Positions 1 through 9,864 of a DNA stretch of 64,000 bases are shown piece after piece; position 1 is the first letter of the stretch; every line of letters begins with the position of its first letter. This DNA is from an uncultured Acidobacteriota bacterium (GTDB taxonomy: Bacteria > Acidobacteriota > Terriglobia > UBA7540). The stretch spans positions 96,001 through 160,000 of the forward strand of contig CAWDSK010000009.1 in NCBI GenBank assembly GCA_963804995.1. Direction: 5' to 3'. The translations under genes and the position numbers were made by a program. The notes beneath the pieces are model-generated. The model worked only from the letters and a program-made list of their open reading frames with translations. It made no database searches and was not told the DNA's origin.

Positions 1-136
1 ACGTTTACCATGTTAAGAACCGCAGACTTTGAACGGCACAAAGTCTGCGCTACCCGGCTGAGCCCGATTGACGCTTCTGTTTGAAGGGCCGCGGAGGAGC
101 GCTGAAGAGCGCGCACCTCCTCGCTACCCGCTCCGC

Positions 137-165
137 TTGCATTTTGTGCCTACATTGCCTACAAT
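137..165 (+). promoter_or_regulatory. sigma70-like promoter of first TA operon, probably leaderless
   Basis: TTGCAT-N17-TACAAT, ATG 6 nt after the -10; direct repeat TGCCTACA x2 overlaps it (possible operator). Confidence 0.65.
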
Positions 166-171
166 AGTTGC

Positions 172-414
172 ATGCAATACACCGTTCGAAAAGTTTCCAA
201 CGCCCTCGATACGGTTCTGCGCCGCTGGGCTCGGGAGCAGCGCAAGAGCCTCAACGAAGTGGCCATCGAAGCCCTGGCTCGTGGCGCCGGCCTCACCGGA
301 CGCACGGTACGACAGCGTGACCTCCACGACATCGCAGGAACCTGGCGGGAAGACCGCGCCTTTGATCGCGCCCGCGCGGCGCATGAAGCGATCGAGGCGG
401 AGTTGTGGCGGTGA
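172..414 (+). CDS. FitA/VapB-like ribbon-helix-helix antitoxin
   Basis: 80 aa, MQYTVRKV..LRRWAREQRKSLNEVAIEAL RHH-like pattern; stop overlaps start of PIN toxin. Confidence 0.8.
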   Translation: MQYTVRKVSNALDTVLRRWAREQRKSLNEVAIEALARGAGLTGRTVRQRDLHDIAGTWREDRAFDRARAAHEAIEAELWR

Positions 415-815
415 CGCTCGCGCTCAACACCAATCGCTACGCGGATCTGTGTCGCGGGAACGCTCGGGCGGTGGAGATTGTTGAGGCGGCCGACGCGATC
501 TGGCTGCCGTTCGTAGTCGTGGGCGAGTTGCGGGCGGGATTTGCCGCCGGGAGCCAGGGCCCCCGGAACGAAGCGGTGCTGCGACGGTTTCTCTTGAAAC
601 CGGGAGTCGGAATCCTTTACGCCGACGAGCAGACAACCTACCATTACGCCTCGGTTTACCGGCAACTGCGGAAACAGGGAACCCCCATCCCGACAAACGA
701 CATGTGGATCGCAGCGCTCGTTCTTCAACATTCGCTCTTCTTGTACGACCGCGACCGCCACTTCGACGCCCTTCCACAGGTCCTGCGGGTGGATGCGACA
801 ACGGGCACTTCTTAG
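411..815 (+). CDS. vapC: VapC/PIN-domain toxin (first catalytic Asp reads Asn)
   Basis: VVGEL, PIPTNDMWIAA, DRDRHF PIN motifs; N-terminal LDTN motif reads LNTN. Confidence 0.88.
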   Translation: MTLALNTNRYADLCRGNARAVEIVEAADAIWLPFVVVGELRAGFAAGSQGPRNEAVLRRFLLKPGVGILYADEQTTYHYASVYRQLRKQGTPIPTNDMWIAALVLQHSLFLYDRDRHFDALPQVLRVDATTGTS

Positions 816-1068
816 CAAGTAGCAAGTCTTTTCTCGACATGATGTTACAAACGGTTGTAGTGCAGCGCCGTATCAAAGTTGCGGCGTCCTTTTCGATTTC
901 TTCATCACCGTGCGCCGGCTTCCTCGGCGTACAAATTTGATGGAGGAAATACGGCGGACCCCGATCAGATCGGGGCGGTCTGCGCTACGGACTCTGAATG
1001 CAAACGGACCGTTTGCGCCACATCCGAAAATCTTGCCTCGAAGCCGGGTTTGCCGTATCCTGAGTCGC

Positions 1069-1329
1069 ATGGAAATACACGTTACCCCCGAGACGGAAAA
1101 GCGGCTCCACGCTCTCGCTGCGCAAAGCGGAGGCGCGACGGTTGACGAGCTTGTGCAGGAGGTCATCGAGGAATATTTCGGCGATCTTGCGCAGGCGCGG
1201 CAAACGCTGGACAGGCGCTATGACGACCTCGAAAGCGGCAGGGTAAAGCCTGTCCCCGGCGATGAAGTGATCGCCCGGCTTCGGGCCAAGAGCGCGGCCT
1301 ACCGCGCGAATCGCAATGAGAGCCTATGA
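1069..1329 (+). CDS. ParD-like antitoxin
   Basis: MEIHVTPETEKRL...LESGRVKPVPGDEVIARL; preceded by TTGCCT-N17-TATCCT (1033-1061); similar to antitoxin at 12835. Confidence 0.7.
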   Translation: MEIHVTPETEKRLHALAAQSGGATVDELVQEVIEEYFGDLAQARQTLDRRYDDLESGRVKPVPGDEVIARLRAKSAAYRANRNESL

Positions 1330-1446
1330 TTTCCACATTATCTCATTGCCTACGACCCGGACAAAAAACCGTGATGGGTTGTCGCCGTTATGCATGGACG
1401 CCGCAGCCCCCGCTTGATGGCCGCGATCCTCAGGGGCAGAGAGTAA
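1316..1446 (+). pseudogene. ParE/RelE toxin remnant
   Basis: N-terminus MRAYDFH joined out of frame to C-terminus HYLIAYDPDKKP*WVVAVMHGRRSPRLMAAILRGRE; internal deletion plus a stop. Confidence 0.7.
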
Positions 1447-1586
1447 CGGCGCGTTGCAAAAATGGTCCTTTGTGAAAACGGACAAAAACTGTCGATTCTC
1501 TTTGGAAAAAGGGGCCAGAGCCACCACCTGCGAAGGCATCGGCAGGATTTGCAGGCCCGGCAATGCCAAAATCGAGAACTCCCGGT

Positions 1587-1799
1587 TCAACGGACGTCAT
1601 CGTAGATGTCGCGGCGATGGAGAGGCCCCAGGGGACCAAGATGGACGACTGGCAACTCGGGGGCTTGGTCAGCCCGGACGGCAGTGCCGGCGGCCTGGTC
1701 GTTCATGAGGCGCTCCAGCAAAGCATCAACCGATATGCCTTGCCGCTGCGCTTCCCGGCGGATTCGCGCTTCGGTTTGTGGCGAGATGTCGAGGCCCAT
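1587..1799 (-). CDS. small antitoxin-like protein; downstream PIN toxin truncated
   Basis: MGLDISPQTEARIRREAQRQGISVDALL..RRDIYDD; overlapping ORF starts MTSVEPGVLD then loses PIN character. Confidence 0.6.
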   Translation of the reverse strand: MGLDISPQTEARIRREAQRQGISVDALLERLMNDQAAGTAVRADQAPELPVVHLGPLGPLHRRDIYDDVR

Positions 1800-2029
1800 G
1801 CCAACAGCTCCCTTCTCGGGATTACTGTTTATCTTACGCCCCTCTCGCAGCTTTGTAACGGCTACCTTGCAGGCTTCTCGGCCTCTCAACTCAACGGGTT
1901 CAAAATTGCCGGGCAGGTGTTTGTCGTAGCACAATGCCGTGACTCGCAAAAAGCGCTCGCTGCCTTCTGCTTTTCCCGACTGGTCGGGACTCGCAAAAAA
2001 CGCTCGCTGCCTGCTGCCCTAATGCGGTC

Positions 2030-3058
2030 TCAGCGTTTCACCGCCAGAACCGCATCGAGCGGGGCGTTGGTCACTCTCCCCTCAACTTCCGCGAAACCTG
2101 CCTGGCGCAACAAGGCCGCGTATTCAGCGAGGGTGCGCTCCTTCCCTTCCGTGCAGACCAGCATGCTGAGTGACTGCATAATGGCCTGCATGGGACCGGC
2201 CTTGCTGTCGTCAAGTAGTTTCTCGGCGATCAGGAGTGCGCCTCCCACGGGCAAGCGCTTCCAGATCTTCCGGAGCAGGGTGCGGATTTTCTCTTCCGAC
2301 CAGTCGTGCAGAATCCGGCCGAGCGAAAAGAGGTCAGCTTCCGGAAGCTCGTCCGAGAAGAAATCGCCGGCGATCAACTCCAGGCGATCGCGATGCGGCG
2401 AACCTTCGACAAAGGCGCGGGCATGGGGGATTACCGAGGGCAGGTCAAAGATTGCCGCACGCAGACTGGGGTAACGCTCGCAGGCGGCAAGGGCCAAGTG
2501 CCCCGTGGCGCCGCCGAGGTCGATTAGCCGATGAAACCGGGTGAGGTCAAAGGCTGCCACGACTGCCGGTGAACTCAGAAGACCGATGCCGTGCATGCCA
2601 TTAAGAAAGTCCCGTTGGGCTTCCTCCGTCCTGAAGAAATAATCGAAGATCCGCCCTTCCCCGCCAAAGGTCTGTGTCCAGCGAGCGGTGCCCTCACGAA
2701 CCGCGTTTTCCAGGTTTCCCCACAGCGGATAGAGGGCCTGATTGGAATAGAGGATGTACCCTGCCAGGGTATGGGGACTAGACCGCGTGAGGTAGGTCGA
2801 TGCAATCGGCAAATTGGAATAATTCGCGCCATCCTTTTTGAGCAAGCCCAGGCCAACACACGCGTCCAGCAGGCGGGCAAGTGCGTCGCTGTCTGCGCCC
2901 AATTCCTCAGCGAGGGCCGGCGCATCGGCCGCAATTTTCTCCAACCGGTCAAATACCCCCATCGACAAGGCGGTGAACATGGTCTTCGACCGGCGGAAGG
3001 CCAGGATAAGCTCCAACACCGGCGCGGGATCGGCATGCTGCATCGCTTCGCTCCTCAT
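2030..3058 (-). CDS. SAM-dependent O-methyltransferase (methyltransferase_2/ASMT-like)
   Basis: N-terminal dimerisation domain; DLGGATG, GDFF, ILHDW motifs. Confidence 0.92.
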   Translation of the reverse strand: MRSEAMQHADPAPVLELILAFRRSKTMFTALSMGVFDRLEKIAADAPALAEELGADSDALARLLDACVGLGLLKKDGANYSNLPIASTYLTRSSPHTLAGYILYSNQALYPLWGNLENAVREGTARWTQTFGGEGRIFDYFFRTEEAQRDFLNGMHGIGLLSSPAVVAAFDLTRFHRLIDLGGATGHLALAACERYPSLRAAIFDLPSVIPHARAFVEGSPHRDRLELIAGDFFSDELPEADLFSLGRILHDWSEEKIRTLLRKIWKRLPVGGALLIAEKLLDDSKAGPMQAIMQSLSMLVCTEGKERTLAEYAALLRQAGFAEVEGRVTNAPLDAVLAVKR

Positions 3059-3236
3059 TTCCGAATTCGGTAGCGACCGTATGGTCGTAGCGGCGAGTTT
3101 GCCTCGCCATATGGCGGCGTCCCGATCAGATCGGGATGTATGCCGCCGCCTCTACGTCAAACTGACCCGCTACCCGATATTCGCCTCGGGCCCTTCCAGT
3201 GGCGGATGTCCGTCATGGTACATTCGGGCTAGGAGT

Positions 3237-3935
3237 TTATGAAGGCAGAAATTCGCGAATATCCCCAAGCACGCGCGCTAACATCTCGGGCGTCAGGCGT
3301 CCAGTTTGGGTGTTCTGCTGGCTGGGGTGATAAGAACAGAACAAGCGCGGCAGGCCATCCGGCAGCGCGAAACTCGCGGCATGCGCGAAGTGAAAAGTCG
3401 AGCGGCGCGGGAACCCCTCACGCTGGGAGAGCACGCGCAGATAGGCGTCAAACGCGATGCGTCCCAGCACCAGCACGGCACGCATGCGTGTTAAGAGCCG
3501 CAACTCTTTTTCCAGATACGGTTGGCAGTTGCGCAGTTCCTGTGGGAGTGGTTTATTCAAGGGCGGCGCGCAACGCAGCGACGCGGTGATGTAACAGTTG
3601 CGGAGTACAAGCCCGTCCTTGCGGTCCCGCGACGTAGGCTGATTCGCGAACCCGGCTTCGTAAAGGCCGCGATAGAGGAAATCGCCCGAGCGGTCACCCG
3701 TGAACATGCGCCCCGTCCGATTGCCTCCGTGAGCGGCAGGCGCCAAACCCAGAATCAGGAGCTGCGCGCGGGGATCACCAAAGCTCGGCAAAGGCTTGCC
3801 CCAGTATTCGTGCTCGCGATACATGCGGCGTTTTTCCTTGGCCACCTTCCGGCAGTAGCTGACCAGGCGTGCGCAGCGCGTGCAAGTCATCACCTGGCGC
3901 TGAAGGTCGGCGAGTTCGCGAGCGGGGTTGGGCAT
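3237..3935 (-). CDS. uracil-DNA glycosylase, family 5 (UdgB-like)
   Basis: CxxC, GLAPAAHGGNRTGRMFTGD, HPSQQN. Confidence 0.92.
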   Translation of the reverse strand: MPNPARELADLQRQVMTCTRCARLVSYCRKVAKEKRRMYREHEYWGKPLPSFGDPRAQLLILGLAPAAHGGNRTGRMFTGDRSGDFLYRGLYEAGFANQPTSRDRKDGLVLRNCYITASLRCAPPLNKPLPQELRNCQPYLEKELRLLTRMRAVLVLGRIAFDAYLRVLSQREGFPRRSTFHFAHAASFALPDGLPRLFCSYHPSQQNTQTGRLTPEMLARVLGDIREFLPS

Positions 3936-3958
3936 GGGGGATCATTTCCTTTCTATGC

Positions 3959-4360
3959 TCAAGATCCGTGCTGCGAAGTCTGCCCGGCGAACCTCACAGC
4001 ATCCAGGAACTCCTCCGGAGGCTTGTACTTGTGCCGAACGATGTAGTGGTAGATCAGGGTTGGGCAGGCGTACACTTTGTTCTGACCAGGAATGTGAATT
4101 TCCGCATCTCCCAAAGTTATTGCTTCCTCCTTATTGCCAGTTGACTCCCTGACCGGATACTCTGAGCACATCTCGCACTTATGGTATCCCCTCATTCGGT
4201 TTACTGGATTCCTGCAAAGATCAGCGATTCTCAGAGCAATCTCAGGGTCGACCTCGCCGGTATTGAACGGGTGTATCGAGTCAAGCCAGCCTATATTAAC
4301 AAGGCCGGCACCGCTCTTCTCTGTATAGACGTACTTACTTAGATCTTCGAAATATGGCAT
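3959..4360 (-). CDS. AT-richer hypothetical protein (immunity-protein-like)
   Basis: NIGWLD, RGYHKCEMC, YACPTLIYHYIVRHKYKPPEEF; composition differs from neighbours. Confidence 0.65.
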   Translation of the reverse strand: MPYFEDLSKYVYTEKSGAGLVNIGWLDSIHPFNTGEVDPEIALRIADLCRNPVNRMRGYHKCEMCSEYPVRESTGNKEEAITLGDAEIHIPGQNKVYACPTLIYHYIVRHKYKPPEEFLDAVRFAGQTSQHGS

Positions 4361-4370
4361 CAGAAAACCC

Positions 4371-4790
4371 TTAAGAGGTTTTTCTCGCGGCCATTGCGAG
4401 CAGGCTATTCCACTGTGCCTCGGAAACCGGCATTACGGAAAGCCGCGGCAGCCGCACCAGATCAAAATCCTTGAGCGCGGCCGTCTTCTTGATTTCGTCG
4501 AGAGTCACAGGCCGGGCAAGTTTCCCCTTCGCCCGCAGATCGATGACGACCAGCCGCGCGTCCTTCTGCTTGGGGTCGGGGTAGGGGTCGCTCGCGACTT
4601 CCGCCAGGCCGACCGCCGCGCGCTCCTCCCCGGTGTGATAAATGATGGCCGCATCGCCACGACGAAAGTTGCGCAGGTTCTTAAGCGCCAAGTTATTCGA
4701 AATTCCATCCCAGACAGTTTGTCCGTCGCGCTCCAAATCAGCGAACGAATAGTGATCAGGGTCAGATTTTAGCAACCACTTACCTGTCAT
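4371..4790 (-). CDS. EVE domain protein
   Basis: WLLKSDP, WDGISN, GDAAIIYHTG, RLSVMPVS. Confidence 0.9.
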   Translation of the reverse strand: MTGKWLLKSDPDHYSFADLERDGQTVWDGISNNLALKNLRNFRRGDAAIIYHTGEERAAVGLAEVASDPYPDPKQKDARLVVIDLRAKGKLARPVTLDEIKKTAALKDFDLVRLPRLSVMPVSEAQWNSLLAMAARKTS

Positions 4791-5043
4791 ACGTATCCCC
4801 CACCTTATCAAGGTTTCCCAAGGGAAATAAGCCATTGTAAAGGAAATCCGCGAACCATGCACAGCGTCGGAACGCAGCCACCTGATTTCTTATCATAAAG
4901 TGGAAGGACGGGACTACACTTCCAATCGCCGCCCGAGTACAATGGGTCTAGCTGATGAGAAGTTTCGTGTGCCGGCGTGGGAAACGTTTGTATCCAATTC
5001 TCCCGGCAAGCATCTAAAATTGCGGAGGCAGAAAGAGAAGACT

Positions 5044-5382
5044 ATGGAAAAGGTTTTGCACGTTCAAGCCGCAGACTGGCAGGGGATCGAGGCGAGCACT
5101 AAACCAGTGTTCCTGGATTTCTGGGCTGATTGGTGTGGTCCCTGCAAGATGCTGGGCCCGACGTTCGAGCGGCTGGCGGAAAAGTACGGCGACGCGGTTA
5201 CTTTCGCCAAGATCAACGTGGATGAGATGCCGGACGTCGCCAACAAGTTCGCGATTCGTTCCATTCCCACCCTCGTGTTGCTACAGGCCGGGAACGTAGT
5301 TGAGAGGCTGGTCGGGTTGCGGTCAGAGCAGGAGTTGGCGCAGGTGCTCAGCCGTTACACCAACGGCAATGCACCGAAGTGA
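5044..5382 (+). CDS. trxA: thioredoxin
   Basis: DFWADWCGPCK, IRSIPTL. Confidence 0.93.
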   Translation: MEKVLHVQAADWQGIEASTKPVFLDFWADWCGPCKMLGPTFERLAEKYGDAVTFAKINVDEMPDVANKFAIRSIPTLVLLQAGNVVERLVGLRSEQELAQVLSRYTNGNAPK

Positions 5383-5636
5383 TGGCGGGGAAAAGACCTT
5401 CCCGCTGGATAACATCCGTAAAGAAGAAATGACGCCCTAAGCGCCGGCCGATCCGGCTCCCAATACCGTCAGGGGTCGACGGTGGATGATTCACCCATCG
5501 TGCCGAGCGAAACAGGATTGCGCATCACGCCGCAGCACCCTCATAGATCGGTTTCCTGCTCGACTCTAAAACCCCCTCACCCCCCTGCCCCTCTATCGCC
5601 GCGGCGACCGAGGGGGGAGTCATTTTGAATTTACTG

Positions 5637-5710
5637 CCCTCGCCCCCTTGGGGGAGAGGGTGGACCGCAACCGGCGTTTTCATCAGCCGGGGCGGGCCGG
5701 GTGAGGGGGT
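5637..5710. repeat. REP-like family A (about 70 bp, CCCTC...GAGGG ends), 7 copies
   Basis: core GAGAGGGTGGACCGC.GCCGGCGTTTTCA.CAGCCGGGGCGGGACGGGTGAGGGG; other copies near 18378, 30460 (interrupted), 38896, 40378, 52938, 63052, in both orientations. Confidence 0.88.
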
Positions 5711-5874
5711 CGCCCAGGAATAAATTCAAAACTAATTCCTTGAAACCCGTTAAATGGCACTGCAGGTAAACGCCAGCGCTCCCTTCACTCCCACAAACAG
5801 CAAGGGCGTCCCTCCGAAAAAGGACGCCCTAAAATGTAGTATTTGCCAATGGCCAGCCGCCGCGGGATCCGTCT

Positions 5875-6867
5875 TTATGCTCCCGGGCGTTGGGTCAGCA
5901 CGGTCGGAACATTGGGGAAAAACCCCTTGGGCGTGGTCATGTAGCCTGAAGCGGTGTCCTTGCCCAGTTTATTGACGACCAACTCCAGCGCACTGGGAGC
6001 CCCTTGCACGTAGAAGTACAAGGGCTCGTTGATGGCTTTATTGCTGCGCTCGGTCCGCTTATCGTCAAACATCAGAAAAACACTGAAGACGTTTTTCTTC
6101 GGGTCGGTTCTTTCCAGTTCCACGGTCACCGTTCCCACCTTTTGCTGCGCCTTCTTGCGGGGCAGGTTAAACTCAAAGAAATCGCGATCGGTTCTGTGGG
6201 CCAGTTGCACCAGCTCGTCGTGGGTTTTGGCAATGTCGCCCTTCAGTTCACCTTTGGTGCCGGTAAGGGCGTTGGCAAACTCCGACTTGGTGCTGGCCAA
6301 ATCCTGCTTGGTCCCCGCCAAATCCGTGGTCAACCCGCCGATCTTGGCGTTGGAGTCAGCCTGGAGCTTGTTCACCTCATCGGCGCTGGCCTTTGCGGCG
6401 ATGGCTTTATTCAACTGGACCACGGCGGCCTGCTGTTGCTTTTGCACGTCCGCGGCCAGCGCATGCGCGCGGGTTAACTCCTGTTGGGTGAGGCCAAGTT
6501 TCTCCGAGGTCACCTGGAATTGCCCGCGCAGTTGCGCGTAGCGATCGTCGCTGGAGTCTAAGCGCCGCGTAAGCAGATTCATCGTGTCCGCTTGTTTCAG
6601 GGCGTGATCGGAAAACTGCGAGCGCGTAACCAGCAGCAGCGCCAGGTTCGCAATCCCCAGCACCACCAAGGCGGCCACGAGCCACGGCAGGACACTGCTG
6701 CCCCCTGCCGTGGGAGCCGGTTGTTGCACCGGAACATAAACGTATTGGGGCGCCCCGGGTTGCGCCTGAGGCTGCGCGGTCGGTTCCGCGGGACCGGTCA
6801 CGCGCTGCGTCGGTGTATCGTTCAGGCCAAACATGGAGTGGCCGGGGTTGGGATCTTTGTCTGCCAT
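5875..6867 (-). CDS. membrane-anchored coiled-coil hypothetical protein
   Basis: single TM (VLPWLVAALVVLGIANLALLLV), long Q/L-rich coiled coil, beta-rich C-terminus. Confidence 0.8.
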   Translation of the reverse strand: MADKDPNPGHSMFGLNDTPTQRVTGPAEPTAQPQAQPGAPQYVYVPVQQPAPTAGGSSVLPWLVAALVVLGIANLALLLVTRSQFSDHALKQADTMNLLTRRLDSSDDRYAQLRGQFQVTSEKLGLTQQELTRAHALAADVQKQQQAAVVQLNKAIAAKASADEVNKLQADSNAKIGGLTTDLAGTKQDLASTKSEFANALTGTKGELKGDIAKTHDELVQLAHRTDRDFFEFNLPRKKAQQKVGTVTVELERTDPKKNVFSVFLMFDDKRTERSNKAINEPLYFYVQGAPSALELVVNKLGKDTASGYMTTPKGFFPNVPTVLTQRPGA

Positions 6868-7508
6868 ACTTTCTCCTCTCTCACTAACTGCCCTTTGAGT
6901 ATCTGTTCAGGATGACGGGCGAGTCTATTTTAGGATGCCAAATTCGGCAATTGGGTTTAAAGCTAGGTGCACTTTAACTTGCTCTTGATCTCAGTCAGTA
7001 TCCCATTAATCCCGGATGGCGACAAGGCCTGCGGAGGACAACCAAGACAATTTACGACTAGATTACGCTGCAGAAGTGCGCGGGCCAAGCCGTCACCGAG
7101 AATGTCCGCCAGACACTCGCCCACTGGCCGCCCTGAAGAGCGGCGCAGATACAGAACAGGTAGGCGCGAACTTCGTGCGGTAAGAACATGGAACTCAGTA
7201 CGCCAGTCCCGAAGGGGAAAAAAGCGGGCCTGGTGATTTACTCTCGGCCGTGGCCTTGAGGCGGTACATGAGTTCGCCCCAGGTGGTTGTGCACATCACG
7301 ATTGACAGTTTGATTTGCGCCTTATTGCCTCCCACTTTTCTCCAGCTCTATTTCTAGCCGCGATTTCCATCCAAGAGACCCCTCATCCGCTTCGTACCTC
7401 AGCACCTTCTCCCCGGGGAGAAGGTAGGAAATCAAACCGCCCTCTCCGAATCAAGCCCCCGCCCCTGAGGAGCCTATGGTTTTCTCCACCAATATTTTTA
7501 AGCGGTGG

Positions 7509-8050
7509 CGGGCAATTTGTCCCACCTAATTCATTTTTGGGCTACCGGTAGCCCATAGGTACATCTTTCACTTGCAATTACCCCTGTGTTAAATGTTAAT
7601 CTATATGTGAAGTGCCGGGTGCTGGGTACTAGGGACTTGAGCTAGGTGCTGAGGGCTGGGGAGAAACGGAAGGCGGCGAGCGCCCTTGGCGAGTCCCGAC
7701 CAGTCGGGATAGGCAGTAGGCAGCGAGCGCCCTCGGCGGGGCCCTCGCCCTACGAACTCGCGGCGGAAATCGCGCCCAGCCACGCCGATGCCTTGCTGAT
7801 GCGCCGAATGCAAGATGCCAACCTGCGAGAAGTCCGGCGACTCACCAATCTGCTGCTGAAGATCAAACGCCAGGATCGCAATATGGACCCCTTGGAAACG
7901 AGCGACGAGGACCATCTTAGCCACGATATATCAGAAAACAAAAGCACTTAGGGGTGGAATGGCAAAAATGTCATAACGCCTATGTATTTGAAATTAAATA
8001 AGCTAGTTATAGTTGTAAAGCCACGATGTTGATGAAAAGAAATGGGGTTA
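7509..8050 (+). mobile_element. unnamed element, copy 1 (palindrome + ORF remnant + AT-rich repeats)
   Basis: homologous to 52075-52752 at both ends; contains ORF remnant 7646-7951. Confidence 0.5.
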
Positions 8051-8369
8051 TTGAAAATGCAGGGGAAGTGGAAAGATGAAACCAGCACTCGGGACGAGGG
8101 CTTCGAAACCCGCTGCGGGATAGACGGGGTGGAGGCAGCAGGTTGGATTTCATCTACCGTGTGGGGTGCCCGGGCGAATTGCCGGGGCTCTGCTCCGTGC
8201 CCAGACGAAGGTCACGAACTTCACCAAAGCCCCCGGCACGTGCAACGAACCCGAAGGCATCTTCGCAAAACCGCCCATACGAAGGTGCCAAAGGGAATAA
8301 CCACCCCAGCGCCTGGCGCCACCCCTCCTGAATCAGGAGGGGAGTTCTTAACGGCTCCCCGCCTCAGAT

Positions 8370-8469
8370 GAGGCTGTATCAAAACTAGGCATTTTCAGAC
8401 TTTTGCACAGCGTAAGTTATTGATTATTCGTTCCAAAAACAGTGATTTTGCCAGTTTTGGGACGGCCTC
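8370..8469. mobile_element. about 100-bp MITE inserted in a REP loop
   Basis: imperfect terminal IR GAGGCTGTATCAAAACT / AGTTTTGGGACGGCCTC; AGAT duplicated; uninterrupted host REP at 61075-61190. Confidence 0.75.
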
Positions 8470-8553
8470 AGATGAGGAGGGGTGGCGCGCCGAGCGCCGG
8501 GGTGGTGCTGAAAAGGTAGCTGAATGGCAAAGTCTGGCAAGGTTTCGAAGCCG

Positions 8554-9834
8554 CTATTTGGGTTGAAGGACAAACGGGTAAGCGCGGCTGACTTGGGCAG
8601 TATGTTCTCTCATATCCAATTCGCGATAAACCTGGCCGGCAATTTCCGCGGCGTGGGGACCGTACATCATGCGCCCGCCGCGCAGCAACACCACCACGAC
8701 GTACTTCGCCTGCGGCCCGCCCGCGAAGGAAGCAAACCAGCCCAGCCGCGCGCCGTTCTCGCTGCACGTTCCGGTCTTGCCGAAAATCGAGAGGTCCGGA
8801 TCGTAGGCCGACCGCCCCGTCCCGTAGAGCACCGTGCCGGCCAGGCCATCGCGGATTTGGGGAAGGTATTCAGCCAAGTCATCGAGGCGCCGTCGCACGA
8901 CCGGTTGGAACGCGGCCAGTTCGTCAGCGGTGCGTGGATACTGCAAAGCATAGAGCGTGCCACCGTTGGCGATGGAGGAAATGAGGGCGGCCATCTGCAA
9001 GATGGTCACGTCAATACTGGTGCCGCAGTAAGCCAGAAACCCGACCCCGCCTTCCTTGGGTGGAGCAGCAGGATAGGAACCCGCGGATTCACCCGGGATA
9101 TCCAGTCCGGCTTTCTCTCCGAAGCCGAATTCACGCGCGTAATCAGTAATGTGCTTAAAGCCCAGCATCTCTCCCACCCGGCGGAAGAAGATGTTGTTCG
9201 AGTGCGCCAGGGCGTCGGTAAGATTGATGCGCGTCGGGCCGCCCACATAAAGCTTGGTGGAAGGAGTAATGATTCCTTCCCGAAGGGCCGCCAGCGCCAC
9301 CACGGGCTTGAACGTCGAGCAAGGCGTGAAGCCGCTCGAAAGCGCCAGCTTCTGATTGACCATGCTCAGAATGCGCCCCGTGTTGGGATCGACAACCACG
9401 ATGCTGCCGTTCCAACGTCCGAGGGCGCTGAGTGCGGCTTGCCGAATGACGGGATCGTCGCCAGCGGGATTGTCTTCGGCGGCGGGATCGCCGTAGGAAC
9501 CGATCGCCCAGGGATCACGCGCTGTTCGCGAGCGATGGGTGCTGCGGGTTGCGGTCAGCCGGCGGACTTGAGGCTTTGAGGTGGAGGCTGAGGACTTGGG
9601 AGACGTTGTGGAAGAATCAGGCTTCGGGCTCGCGCCGGGCGCAGCGGCGATACCTAGATTGGCTCCTAATGACCAGACAGTAGCCAGGGCCAGGATGGCA
9701 ATTTTTTTCAACAAGATTTTCCGCAGACCTCCGTGGTTAAGGTTGACTTTGGCCTTCACTCCGTCTCCGCTGGCGCCCGTGAACGAAGGAAGGTCACGAC
9801 GCGGACTCATCTTACCATGTGCCCGGCGATCCAA
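8554..9834 (-). CDS. penicillin-binding transpeptidase-domain protein (start probably further downstream)
   Basis: SxxK (STFK), SxN (SNN), KTG motifs; signal-like hydrophobic segment. Confidence 0.88.
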   Translation of the reverse strand: MDRRAHGKMSPRRDLPSFTGASGDGVKAKVNLNHGGLRKILLKKIAILALATVWSLGANLGIAAAPGASPKPDSSTTSPKSSASTSKPQVRRLTATRSTHRSRTARDPWAIGSYGDPAAEDNPAGDDPVIRQAALSALGRWNGSIVVVDPNTGRILSMVNQKLALSSGFTPCSTFKPVVALAALREGIITPSTKLYVGGPTRINLTDALAHSNNIFFRRVGEMLGFKHITDYAREFGFGEKAGLDIPGESAGSYPAAPPKEGGVGFLAYCGTSIDVTILQMAALISSIANGGTLYALQYPRTADELAAFQPVVRRRLDDLAEYLPQIRDGLAGTVLYGTGRSAYDPDLSIFGKTGTCSENGARLGWFASFAGGPQAKYVVVVLLRGGRMMYGPHAAEIAGQVYRELDMREHTAQVSRAYPFVLQPK

Positions 9835-9864
9835 ACCCGCTGAGCAGTTCCGTTCCCTGCTTCC

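Noticed and set aside
426..428. Naturally inactivated VapC, LptB or RT through D>N changes
   Set aside because: All share one sequence context, which favours a systematic artefact.
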